From the NCBI GenBank assembly GCA_043228905.1, contig JBHGNT010000021.1, positions 6,820,001 to 6,884,000 on the forward strand: a stretch of 64,000 nucleotides of DNA, given 5' to 3'. This document shows, one piece after another, positions 1 through 9,954 of this stretch. Source of the DNA: Azolla caroliniana. Taxonomy: Eukaryota > Plantae > Polypodiophyta. Each line of letters starts with the position of its first letter. The stretch's first letter is position 1. The position numbers and the translations under genes were made by a program. A model generated the notes under the pieces. The model had not been told where the DNA came from, made no database searches, and was given only the letters and a program-made list of their open reading frames with translations.

Positions 1-876
1 ATCAACGACGAGACGAAGTGAGCCATCTTTCTTCTTGACAAAGAAGATGGGTGCACCGGCCGGAGATTTCGAATGATGAATAAACCCGCTTGCCAAGTTC
101 TCCTCTACATAGTCTCGAAGGACTTCTAACTCGGTGGGGGACAAGTTGTAAATTGGTCCCCATGGTGGCTCTGCTCCCGGTTGTAGATCGATGGGACAAT
201 CATAGGGACGATGATGAAGAAGAGTACCAACTTTTACCTTGTCAAATACATCGGCATAGGGATGATATTTCGCCGGAAGTTATACTAAGGATTCCTCCTT
301 AATAGTGTTGGAAGGATGTACTAATATTGCAAATAGGAACATTGCCTCCTTGTGTCCTTCTTCGCATAATTGACGTAGTGAAATGTTCAAAACTCAATGA
401 GTAGATTTTTGGGGTTGTCGATGTCGGACTTCTCTTGTTCTCCAATTTATGTCTGGATTATGTAATTCAAACCAAGGTAATCCCAGGACAATGGGATGCT
501 CTGGACTACTAATTATATTAAATGCTACTACACACACAAAACTACCTAGGACAACTTGAATGGGTTCTGACTCTTCTACAATATTCACGGAAGCAATGGG
601 ACGACCATCAATGACTACTACAAATGCGGGGCAAGGAAGTTTTCTTAAGGATATCTGAGAAGCTTGGGCAAAATTTCGATCCATGAAACAGGAATTAGCT
701 CCGGAATCTAGAAGTGCTAGGACATGTATTGGGGGAGTACTTTTAGTACTAACCATTACTTGGGCTAGGAACACATTGCTAACTTGCTTGGAGGGAATGG
801 AACCACTAATGGGCTATACAGATCTAGGGCTGTCCAACCAAACGGCTCCTATTTTGGTTGGACTCAATCGTTTAAC
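1..876 (-). pseudogene. pol: gypsy pol 5' part (protease and start of RT), disrupted
   Basis: ALLDSGANSCFMD and LGLPWFELHNPDINW protease motifs; RT N-terminus at 1-200; frameshifts and stops between them. Confidence 0.85.
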
Positions 877-2021
877 TCGTCATCTAATTGACTAAGGATT
901 TCAAATTTGTTTGAGATACTTGGGCTATTAGTACTGTTAATACTATCAAACACTCTATTAGTACTATTAATACTATCAAACACTCCTAAGGGAAGAATTG
1001 ACTCGGGTTTAGTACATGCTACGATTTGATTTACCTGTCTTCTTGGCCTATGGGGACAATTGATTGCGATATGCCCTGGTCCACCGCAATAAAGACATAA
1101 TCGATTTGCACATCGTCGTTGCTTTTCTTCTTCTGATAACGGGCCGCGTCGACGCATGGTATCGATCTCCATCAGTGTCAAAGTATTTGCTTGAGGTATG
1201 TCTCGTGCAAACGGTTTACCTGCGACTGAGGTGTAAGTGGGCTCCGGCCTAGAGCGTGGTATTTGTAATTGACGTTCCGAACGCCGTTCGAAAAGGCAGT
1301 TGTCACATCGAACCGCTCGACTGATTGCCTCCGTAAGAGACTTTGGTTCTTCGGGGAAGGCTAGAAGTAGATCTTTGATATCGTTTTGCAGGCCATAGCG
1401 AAACTACTCCATTAGTGCCTGATCATTCCAGGGGATATCTGAAGCAAGTAGGCGGAAATCCGCCGCGTAGGCAGAGGCTGGACGATCGCCTTGACGTAAT
1501 CGTCGGATCTTGTTGATCGTCGTCCTGATGTTGTTGGTGTCTCCAAAGCAGGCTTTAAACTCACTAATAAAATCTTCAAAGTTATTAAGCAAGGGCGATT
1601 GTTTTTCTAGAAGCGGAGCGAACCATGCTAAGGCTGAGCCGCTAAGCAACATGCCTATTAGGCTTACTCGGGATGCATCGGTGGGGTATCGGGCAGGATG
1701 CATTTGGATGACTAATCGTACCTGATTAAGGAATCCCCTGAATTGCGATCACGTTCCATCAAATTTCACAGGAAGTCCAATCTTCAGCTCTTTATGAAAA
1801 CCTTGGGGACTTGATCCTTGTTGTTGCAATGCTGCTTCGAGTTGTTGCACTCGTAACGCTAACTCCCCATGTTGTTGCTGTGTTTGTTGTTTTTCTAGAG
1901 CGATTTGTTGCAGATCCCTTATCAACCGTTGGTTTTCTTGTTCCAAGGCAACAAATTTTTCTTTTAGGCACTGTAGCTCGGAGAAAACAGATTGATATTC
2001 TTGGGTGCTAACAGTAGCCAT
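864..2021 (-). pseudogene. gag: gypsy gag, disrupted by stops
   Basis: ATG at 2021 (MATVSTQEYQ), coiled-coil, LLSGSALAWF, LRQGDRPASAYAADF, CCHC knuckle; ends ELND-stop at 864. Confidence 0.85.
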
Positions 2022-2089
2022 AGTATAGTTAAAAGGGTAGGAGGATGAGGGAGAACGACAAGTAGGCTTGAGGGAAAATTGGTTCAAAC

Positions 2090-2534
2090 TGTCAGGAATA
2101 GTACTAAAGTAGAGATGGAATTAGTACTAAAGAATAGAAGTACTATTAGTACTAAGAGGACGGGACTGCATAAGACTCCTGAGAGAGAGAGAGAGAGAGA
2201 AGAGAAAAGAGAGATAGCGAGGATGAGAGAGAGAGAGATGATGATAACAACCAATATATTATGTGAAGGATAAGTACAAAATGGCTAAGAGGCTTAGGAC
2301 TGGCGTTGAACCAATTTGGTTCAACATAATGCCTAGTGCCTTCTTTTATAGTGTTCTCAGGAGTAATCCTGAAGCTTCTAGAATGTTCCAGAGAAATCTA
2401 GAATATACATTAATTTCCTATAATAAAACTTAAATGAAAATAATATCCTACGTATTACAATAGATGGTATAATGGTCAAGAGCTCGACCCATATAACATA
2501 AGGTTATGGGTTCGAGTCTTGTCATATCATGACA
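2090..2534 (-). repeat. 5' LTR of chromovirus-type gypsy (445 bp)
   Basis: TGTCA...TGACA termini; TATAAAA on the minus strand near 2345-2350; homologous to LTR 14470-14883. Confidence 0.85.
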
Positions 2535-4027
2535 ACTCTTCGCGTTGCTCATTGCTCCCTCTTTGTTCCTTCTTCGCATTGCTCACTACTCCCTCTCTGT
2601 TCCTTCTTCGCGTGGCTTGCTGCTCCCTCTCTGTTCCTTCTTCGCGATGCTTCCTTCTTTGCTGCTCCTTGTGAATCCTTGCTCATTCGTTGCCCATTGA
2701 TCCTCCTTGCTCGCTCGCTATTCGTTGCTCCCTATTGTTTTTGACTGATTGCATGACATCTGTTATTCGCCACTCCACTATAAAGTATGTATCATGCCTA
2801 CTTTTCTTTCACAGTTTATGATTTCTCCTTTTCTATCTATTTTCTTTGTTTTTCTCGTTGTTTGAATATGTTCTCTATGCTTTGTTTTCGGTTCCTGTTG
2901 GTCGAATGGTTGCTTTAGTCTTGTTGTTCAAGAACGGCGGCTCTGCTGAGGAAATCAACGATCAAACTATTATTCCTTAAAGACCTTTCGCCAATTGTTC
3001 TAGAATCGATTTGACAAACAAAATAGGCCAATCGTTGATTTGAGCATGTCTTAGATTGATGTTTTTCTATCTAATGTATGATAGAGCCCACCATTGACTA
3101 GCATTAGAGCCTCCATCACAATTGGCTCCACATTAGTATATGTCCTCATTTTCTCTTCTTTGTTTCTCATGTGCGCACATTGATTTTTGAGTACCAACAC
3201 TACTATCTTTTTTTGATAGATGATCGCCAAAGCTTATGTTTAGTGTATCTAAATAAAGCTCATTAACCTCCTTATCATTTTCCTCACCATGAAAAGTTTG
3301 TAGTGTGCTATTTGGCCCAAAGGGGATGTACAAGATCAATGTTCCTTCGGGACCTTATCTTGATATTCGTCACATAAATATTGTTGTTCTAACCTAGAAA
3401 AGCCAAGTGAACACTCCATGTAATCTAATAACTTAATTCCTCTTGATGAGACATTATTGGGCTTGGCCAATGGGAACAATTGGTCAAAGTATTCATGGAT
3501 GGGGAGATCATCGCAAAGTATATGCATTGGAGAAGAGGGTTGAATCTTTGTGCTTCTTTATAGTGGGTGAACATGAAGTTGTGAAGATGTAAATGAACTA
3601 GGTGTGTAAAGAGATTTGCTCTTCTTCATCATCATCAAGGGGCTATGGTGATAAACAAATTCGATGAATCTAACATACTATTTACTTATTACAACATAAA
3701 TAGATGAATCGACAAATTTGAGATGAGAATCAACATTTATTTCAAACACGTGTAATGGAGGATAGGTTGAAAAATGGGAGGGAATTATGTACAACAAACT
3801 GTCCTACCACAAAAAAGCACAAAAAGATGATGAGAATAGAGAAGAATAAATCACAAGGAGGCATGTATATTGCATTATGTATACGGCTAAATTTGTTTTT
3901 TCAACATGTTCCGGTTGACATTGTCCCTAGTAGGAACGTGGCCGGCTGAAATTTTAAAATTCCGGTTAGGTTCATGAGAAGCAGGAAAATTTCTAATAGA
4001 GGATAGAGACTTTGGCCAACACGCTCA

Positions 4028-4553
4028 TGTTCTAGGTCTCATCGAGGACCACATGGTCACTCACTCCCATTCGTGTTCCAGTTCTCGGTGAGGACCACAC
4101 ATGATTGCTCACGTCCATCTATTGGTGAGGATTGAACCTACAACCTCACATCAACAAGATTTCATGCTTAACCATTTTGATATGAGCATGCATTTGTATA
4201 TAATAGTTTAATATTCTATAGTCTAGCATATAATACATTTTAGAATCAGAATATTCTAGTTGTTAGTACATTCTAGAAATATTGCATGGTATATTCAAGA
4301 TGGGTATATTCTAGAGATATTTCTCGAGTATATTCGAGAGATATTCAATCTCGGAACTTGTATAAATATTTGTAACCTCCTTGGTCCCTTTCAAGGGATT
4401 CAACACCAATCATTGACATATCAATTTAGTATTCTCGTTTCATCCCATCTTGTCTCCTTGATCTTTATCTTTGTCTTTGTGCTCTTGTGTCATTCCTAGC
4501 TTCTTAAGTTCCACGTTGTTAGCCCCATCATCCATGCTCTGTTTGATTCCACA
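4028..4553 (+). repeat. putative LTR (boundaries uncertain)
   Basis: TG...CA ends, TATAAATA at about 4360, TCTAGA/ATATTC-rich U3-like block and pyrimidine-rich U5-like block, directly upstream of a plus-strand gypsy pol. No partner LTR is visible. Confidence 0.4.
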
Positions 4554-4576
4554 GTTGGTGTGTTCGTGACAACTTG

Positions 4577-6725
4577 TACAACAATGCCGGTATCGAATGA
4601 ATCCCAATTATGTGGTATGCATAAAAGAAGAAATTGACAAATTATTAAAGGTCGGATTCATTCGACCAATGAAGAAAGCCACATGGATAAGCCCAATAGT
4701 CGTAGTACCTAAGAAGAATGGGATGATCAGAGTCAGTATCGACTATCAGAAACTTAATTTGACGACTGTTACAGATGCTTTTCCCTTACCCTTTATGGAT
4801 GGAATTCTTGACATTGTCGCAGGACATGAAATCTATAGTTTTTTGGACAGGTTTAGTGGTTACAATCAGATTTACATGCACCCAGAAGATCAAGAAAAAA
4901 CGACATTTGTTACCGACCTAGGGTGTATTCGTACCGATCGTCATGATGATATTTGACCTCAAGACAACACCGGCCATGTTTCAGCGAATTAGAGTCGAAA
5001 TCTTTTTAGATTATATCATTGCCTTTATGTAGGTAATCCTAGATGATTTCTCCGTGTATAGCAAAAGAATCGACCACATGGAACATCTACAACTCTATTT
5101 AGAGAAGTGTCGAGTGACTCATTTGAGTTGTAATCCTTCTAAGCGTGCTTTTGGTGTGACGAGTGAAACGCTACTCGAGCACATAGTCAGTCGAGATGGT
5201 ATTGCTGTTGACCCCGACAAGGTCAAGGCAATCATAGAGGCACCACCTCTGACAAATGTGAAGGCATTAGGTAGAATTTTGGGGTAGGTACGATGGCATA
5301 GTCGAATGATCCGTTACCCAGCAGATGTTGCTACGCCACTACATGATGTCGTTCATCGAACACCCTTTTTATGGTCAACAATAGAAGAAGAAGCTTACAA
5401 TTACTTGAAACAGATGATGTCATGAGTTCCGGAGTCCAACCACCAGACTAGAAGAAACATTTCCATGTCTTTGTCGATGCATTAGGCATAGCAATCGGTA
5501 GTGCCTTATGCAACTGACAGAACCAACTGGTATCGACCTATCTATTATGCAAGTCGGAAGTTATTCGACTGCCGAAAGAAATTATTCGAAAATGGAACGG
5601 GAAGCCCTCAGCATGATATATAGTGTCAACAAGTTTCGGCACTATCTTCTTTGTAGGAAATTCACATTTCATTTTGACCATTCTGCGTTACTTTATTTGG
5701 TATCGAAACATTTCAGGATGCACAACTTTTCAGGATCTATGCCGTCAAATTGATAGAGTTAGATGAGGAATCAGCCGACAAGATTAGCTCCAGAAAGTAT
5801 GTGGCAGGACGAGCAAAAGCGATTGGCAGTACGCAGTCAAAATTTTTGCCTACTTCAAGAAGCATTGTATCACAAAGGCACAGATGGAATTTGGCGAAGG
5901 TGTGTTCGACAATTCGAAAAGGAAGCAATATTACGAGAACCACACTATGGCATTGCTGGAGGACATTATGTTGGGAATACTACTGCATAGAAAATTTGGA
6001 GCAGTGGATTGTGGTGGCCAACGACTTCAAAGGATGTACAACAATTTTGTAAATTGTGTGATTTGTGGCAAAGACTAGGTGAACCAACAAAGTGATCTTG
6101 GATGCCACATGAACCAATACTACCATTAGAGACTTTTCAAAAATGGGGATTGGATTTTGTTGGTCCATTTAAGCATGCAGTAACTCGAACCGGCAATAGG
6201 TATATTATCGTGGCTATGGATTACTGAACGAAATAGGTCGAAGCCAAATCACTCCAAGATAACACGACCGACTCAACATCAAAGTTCCTATATGAATACA
6301 TATGGTGTCGATTCAAGTGTCTGATCGAGTTAATCAATTATCAAGGGTCACACTTCTTGAACAACGTCGTCCAAGGATTAACAAAGGATTAACAAAATAC
6401 TATGCAATGGTTCACAAGAAGAGCACACCTTATTATCCTCAAGCAAATGGATTGGCCGAATCGACAAAAAAAACTCTACAGATGATCCTAAAAAAGATTG
6501 TAAACAAGGATCACACTGACTGGGATAAAAAATTGAATAGTGCTCTATCGACATACTACATAACAAGTTATAAAACAACAATTCAATCAACACCTGTTTG
6601 ACTCGCTTTTGGATAAGAAACGGTAATGCCAATAGAATTTCAAATCCCTAGTTTACGCTTACAGGTAGTCGAACGACTAAGCAAAGATGAATTAGAGCAA
6701 CATTGACTTGTACAATTGGTGGAAT
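4577..6725 (+). pseudogene. pol: degenerate non-chromovirus-like gypsy pol (RT-RNaseH-integrase)
   Basis: RMNPNY...IKEEIDKLLKVGFI, ISPIVVVPKKNG, FSGYNQI, AERNYS..EREAL, HYGIAGGH, STPYYPQANGLAES across several broken ORFs. Confidence 0.85.
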
Positions 6726-6809
6726 TTGACTACACTGCCTATGGAGGCTCAATCTCTGAACAAGACTTGAAGTAAGGGAGGTTGCCCTTCTTTTTCCCTC
6801 TTTCATTGC

Positions 6810-7130
6810 ATGCTTGGGTTGGGCTCAACTCTTCCCTTCTTCATGTTTCTCGGGTGTTGTACTCCCACCAATCCACAGTTGCCATCGTGTCTCATCAGTG
6901 AACCGGTGCCCTATGCCCCACGGGTCTTGCAAGGTGGGATCCGCTGCTACTCCCTTCATCCGTTGCCCACTATTGTCTGGCAAGGGAGCAACCATTGGCT
7001 TCACCTTCTTGTCCATGGTCTTGTACTTTGTGTGTACTTTGACCATCCTCTCTTCGTCAATAAAATGCCCAAGCCCTTCGATGGCCGTGTACATTTCAAT
7101 GGAGTTGATTGGAATGGTCTAGGTTTCATT
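6810..7130 (-). pseudogene. fragment of the Trp-primed gypsy family (pre-RT linker)
   Basis: KVHTKYKTMDKKVKPMVAPLPD..DPTLQDP..IGHRFTDET aligns with RVSTKYKTVDRKVRPVAAPLPE..DPSLRDP..IGHTFTDGT in ORF 22303-25701. Confidence 0.75.
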
Positions 7131-7523
7131 AAGGCCCTAAGCGACTGTACTATCCATCTCCCCAATAGTGTTGTTGATTGAGACTACCCCCATGTCACCG
7201 CTTATGGTATCTCCTTCTATTATATTACATTGCTTGTGAAACCTTTCATACTCCTTAATCTCTACTACTTAGATTAGTGGTTATTTTACAAAATTTCTTT
7301 TTATTCTTTTTGTTAATATTACAAGGATTTGGGGATTTACGTTGGTCTGGGTTATTGCAGTCTCATGCCTTAATATCCCATAAAAAAAATCTTCCCGCCT
7401 CTCGGTTTTGTTCACGGTTGAGCGTCATTGTAAGGAATTGAACCAAATGACTTCCTTCTTGGTTCTTAACCTAGGAATTAGCAACTATTTGGTTTAGACA
7501 TAACTGGTTTAGCCTTTCATCAG

Positions 7524-7605
7524 GTCACTTTGGTCGAGTGGTTACGATGTGTGCTTACTCAACACATGAGGTTCCCTCGCGACAGTTCAAAACTCTCAAG
7601 TGACG
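7524..7605 (+). pseudogene. tRNA-Ser(GCT)-derived copy, anticodon arm mutated
   Basis: GTCACTTTGGTCGAGTGGTTA...CAGTTCAAAACTCTCAAGTGACG, 82 nt; A and B boxes degraded. Confidence 0.75.
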
Positions 7606-8035
7606 AAAAAAATCTCATTTTTTACACTCCAAGTTGTAATCCTATCTAGCTGACCATTTGAAAAGGTGGTTTGTTTTTTCGTACAAAGTTCCTCATTTAA
7701 GGGCGATGGTAACTCCACATCAATTTTAACAAACTTTCATTCGATCAGAACATCTACCAGTATCAGTGATCGTGTGGTTTAAGATACTTTAATTAAACCA
7801 ATAGATTGTAATGTTTCATTAATTCTGAATTGTATGGCTTTCTTTGTGTTGTATGCTTTGTCTATTATGCCTAACCATTTATTTAGAGTGAAACTAGTGG
7901 CTAGTCCTCTTTGATGTTTTTTTTAATGTCTACAGTATCCACTACTTAAGTATGTGAGTTCCTTTGTGTTGCCCATGCACGTTGATTGGACGCGAGATCC
8001 TTCTAAATAAATTGATTGAAGACTTTCATCTGAAA

Positions 8036-8116
8036 TTCACTTCAGGCGAGTGGTTAAGGGTGTGCTTGATAAGCACATGGGGTTCCCTCGGGAGAGTTCA
8101 AATATCTCAGGTGACG
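8036..8116 (+). pseudogene. tRNA-Ser(GCT)-derived copy, anticodon reads GAT
   Basis: GGCGAGTGGTTAAGGGTGTGCTTGATAAGCACATGGGGTTCCCTCGGGAGAGTTCAAATATCTCAGGTGACG. Confidence 0.75.
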
Positions 8117-8592
8117 AAAAAACTCTCGTTTCCTACGCTCCAAGCCGTAATCCTATATGGCTAACCATTCAAGGGGGTGGTTTATTCTTCTGTACAAAGT
8201 TCATCATTTAAGGGAGATGGAAGCTCCACATCAATTTAAACAAAACTTTCATTGGATCAACACATCTACTAGTTTTAGTCATTGGGTGGTTTTATCGAGT
8301 AGTTTAAGGCACTTGAAACAAACCAATAGATTGTAATGTTTCATTAATGCTTAATTATATGGATTTCTTTGTGTTGTATGCTTTGTCTATTATGCCTAGA
8401 ACCATTTTAGTGGAGTGGAAACTTGTGGTTCTTCTTCTTGTGATGTTTTTTATTTAAGGTCTATGGTATCCACTACTTAAGTATGAAAGTTCTTTTGTAT
8501 TGAACACTCGTGTTAATTGCACGTTGTAACCTTCGGTCTTTAGTACGTCATGTAACTAAAGTAATTGAGGATTTAATGATTACTTTCATTAG

Positions 8593-8674
8593 GTCACTTT
8601 GGCTAAGTGGTTAAGGCGTGTGCTTGCTAAACACATGGGGTTCCCTTGCGAGAGTTCAAATCTCTCATGTGACG
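8593..8674 (+). tRNA. trnS-GCT: tRNA-Ser(GCT), best-preserved copy (may still be a pseudogene)
   Basis: GTCACTTTGGCTAAGTGGTTAAGGCGTGTGCTTGCTAAACACATGGGGTTCCCTTGCGAGAGTTCAAATCTCTCATGTGACG: 82 nt, long variable arm, GCT anticodon, close to plant nuclear tRNA-Ser(GCT). Some stem mismatches and no immediate T4+ terminator. Confidence 0.65.
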
Positions 8675-8861
8675 AAGAAACTCTTGTTTCTTAAACCCCG
8701 ATGTGTAATCCTATATGGTCGACCATTCGAGGGGTGGTTTATTCTTTCATACAAAGTCATTTAAGGGAGATGGTAACACGTGTTCATTGTACACGGTAAG
8801 CTTTGGTCTTTAATATGTCTAGTATCTATTAAATTGATTGATTATGGTTGGCTTTCATCAG

Positions 8862-8922
8862 GTCACTTTGGCCGAGTGGTTAAAGTGGGTGCTTGCTAAG
8901 TACATGGGGTTCCCCCACGAGA
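8862..8922 (+). pseudogene. tRNA-Ser(GCT) copy lacking the T-arm/B-box
   Basis: GTCACTTTGGCCGAGTGGTTAAAG..GCTTGCTAAGTACATGGGGTTCCCCCACGAGA, then jumps straight into the spacer. Confidence 0.75.
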
Positions 8923-9110
8923 ACTCTTGTTTCTTAAACTCCGAGATGTAATCCTATACGGCTGACCATTCGAGGGGTGGTTTATTCTTTCATACAAAGT
9001 TCATCACTTAAGGGAGATGGTAGCTCATGTTCATTGGACACGGTAAGCTTCTGTCTAAAATATGTCCAATATCTATTAAATTGACTGATTATTTAATTGG
9101 CTTTCATTAG

Positions 9111-9193
9111 GTCACTTTGGTCGAGTGGTTAAGGCATGTGCCTACTAAGCACATGGGGTTCCCCCCGCGAGAGTTCAAATATTTGAAGTGATA
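9111..9193 (+). pseudogene. tRNA-Ser(GCT)-derived copy, anticodon reads ACT, 3' acceptor strand degraded
   Basis: GTCACTTTGGTCGAGTGGTTAAGGCATGTGCCTACTAAGCACATGGGGTTCCCCCCGCGAGAGTTCAAATATTTGAAGTGATA. Confidence 0.75.
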
Positions 9194-9246
9194 AAGAAAC
9201 TCTTATTTCTTAAACTCCGAGATGTAATGCTATATGGTCGACCATT

Positions 9247-9867
9247 TCGTGACCCATGATGGCTGAAAGCAGCCGACCCAAGCCTTCGTCACAAGCTTGA
9301 GGGGGAGGAACCAAAACTGCCACGACACCGACACCGACACCAAAAGTCAGACAGAAGCCGACATCGAAAGCCAGACAACGCCGAAAGAAAAACCGGATGT
9401 TGGACGCCTCACACTTGAGCTTGAGGGGGCGTGTTGAGAGATCAAGCTCAACGAAAGTTAGTTAGTTAGTCAACCATGTAACTTCGTAGTTACCTATATA
9501 GAATCTAGTTAAACGTGTTGACTATAACACTTTAAATAGGACCTTGTACTTAAGTAGGATATTCTAGATCCGCCACTCCCAAGGTCATTTAATATAGGAC
9601 TTACACGGTTGTACCTATATTCTTCTCACACATGTGCACATTTGTACATTCGATGTATATATATACCTCATTGTGGGTATGTTTGTATTTGATGATGCTT
9701 TTTAATATAGTTACTCATCCCCCATCTTGTCTCGTTGTTCATAAGTGTAACTTCCTCTCTCTCTTCCTCTCACACACACATACACACACATATCACATAA
9801 TCTTCCGCTTAACTTAATCACATAATTAGCCACTAATTAACCCTAGTTAATTACCTAATTCTTAACA
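9247..9867 (+). mobile_element. 3' end of a copia-like element (3' UTR, PPT, putative LTR 9432-9867)
   Basis: AGCTTGAGGGGG occurs twice; the second is followed directly by TGTTGAG. Putative end TAACA at 9867. Confidence 0.5.
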
Positions 9868-9954
9868 AAACTGTATTACAAAGGAAGCAAGAATAACCAA
9901 CCACTACAAAGAGAGGGAGAAGGTGCTTATGTAGTCACCTTCTCTCTATGGGCC

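Larger units (their letters stand above)
1..2534 (-). mobile_element. Ty3/gypsy chromovirus-type (Tcn1/Tf1-like) LTR retrotransposon, degenerate, 3' part outside the window
   Basis: 5' LTR 2090-2534. Retrotrans-gag remnants (ORFs 1749-2087, 1404-1703), CCHC knuckle CLYCGGPGHIAINC (864-1181), aspartic protease LLDSGA (394-774) and RT start (PPWGPIY...PIFFVKKKDGSLRLVVD, 1-200). Colinear with the chromodomain-bearing copy at 14470-19253. Confidence 0.9.
7505..9246 (+). repeat. tandem array of tRNA-Ser(GCT)-containing units (about 250-560 bp), left segment
   Basis: Five tRNA-like copies start at 7524, 8036, 8593, 8862 and 9111 (spacings 512, 557, 269, 249 bp). Each is followed by a homologous spacer (GTAATCCTATATGG..ACCATT..GGGGTGGTTTATTCTTTC..ACAAAGTTCATCATTTAAGGGAGATGG). 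Confidence 0.9.

Noticed and set aside
2535-4027. Short ORFs and CT-rich repeats as a gene or transposase remnant
   Set aside because: No recognisable motif; left unannotated.
4398-4562. Possible self-priming pair ACACCAA / TTGGTGT in the putative LTR
   Set aside because: Only 7 nt are complementary and the LTR end is uncertain.
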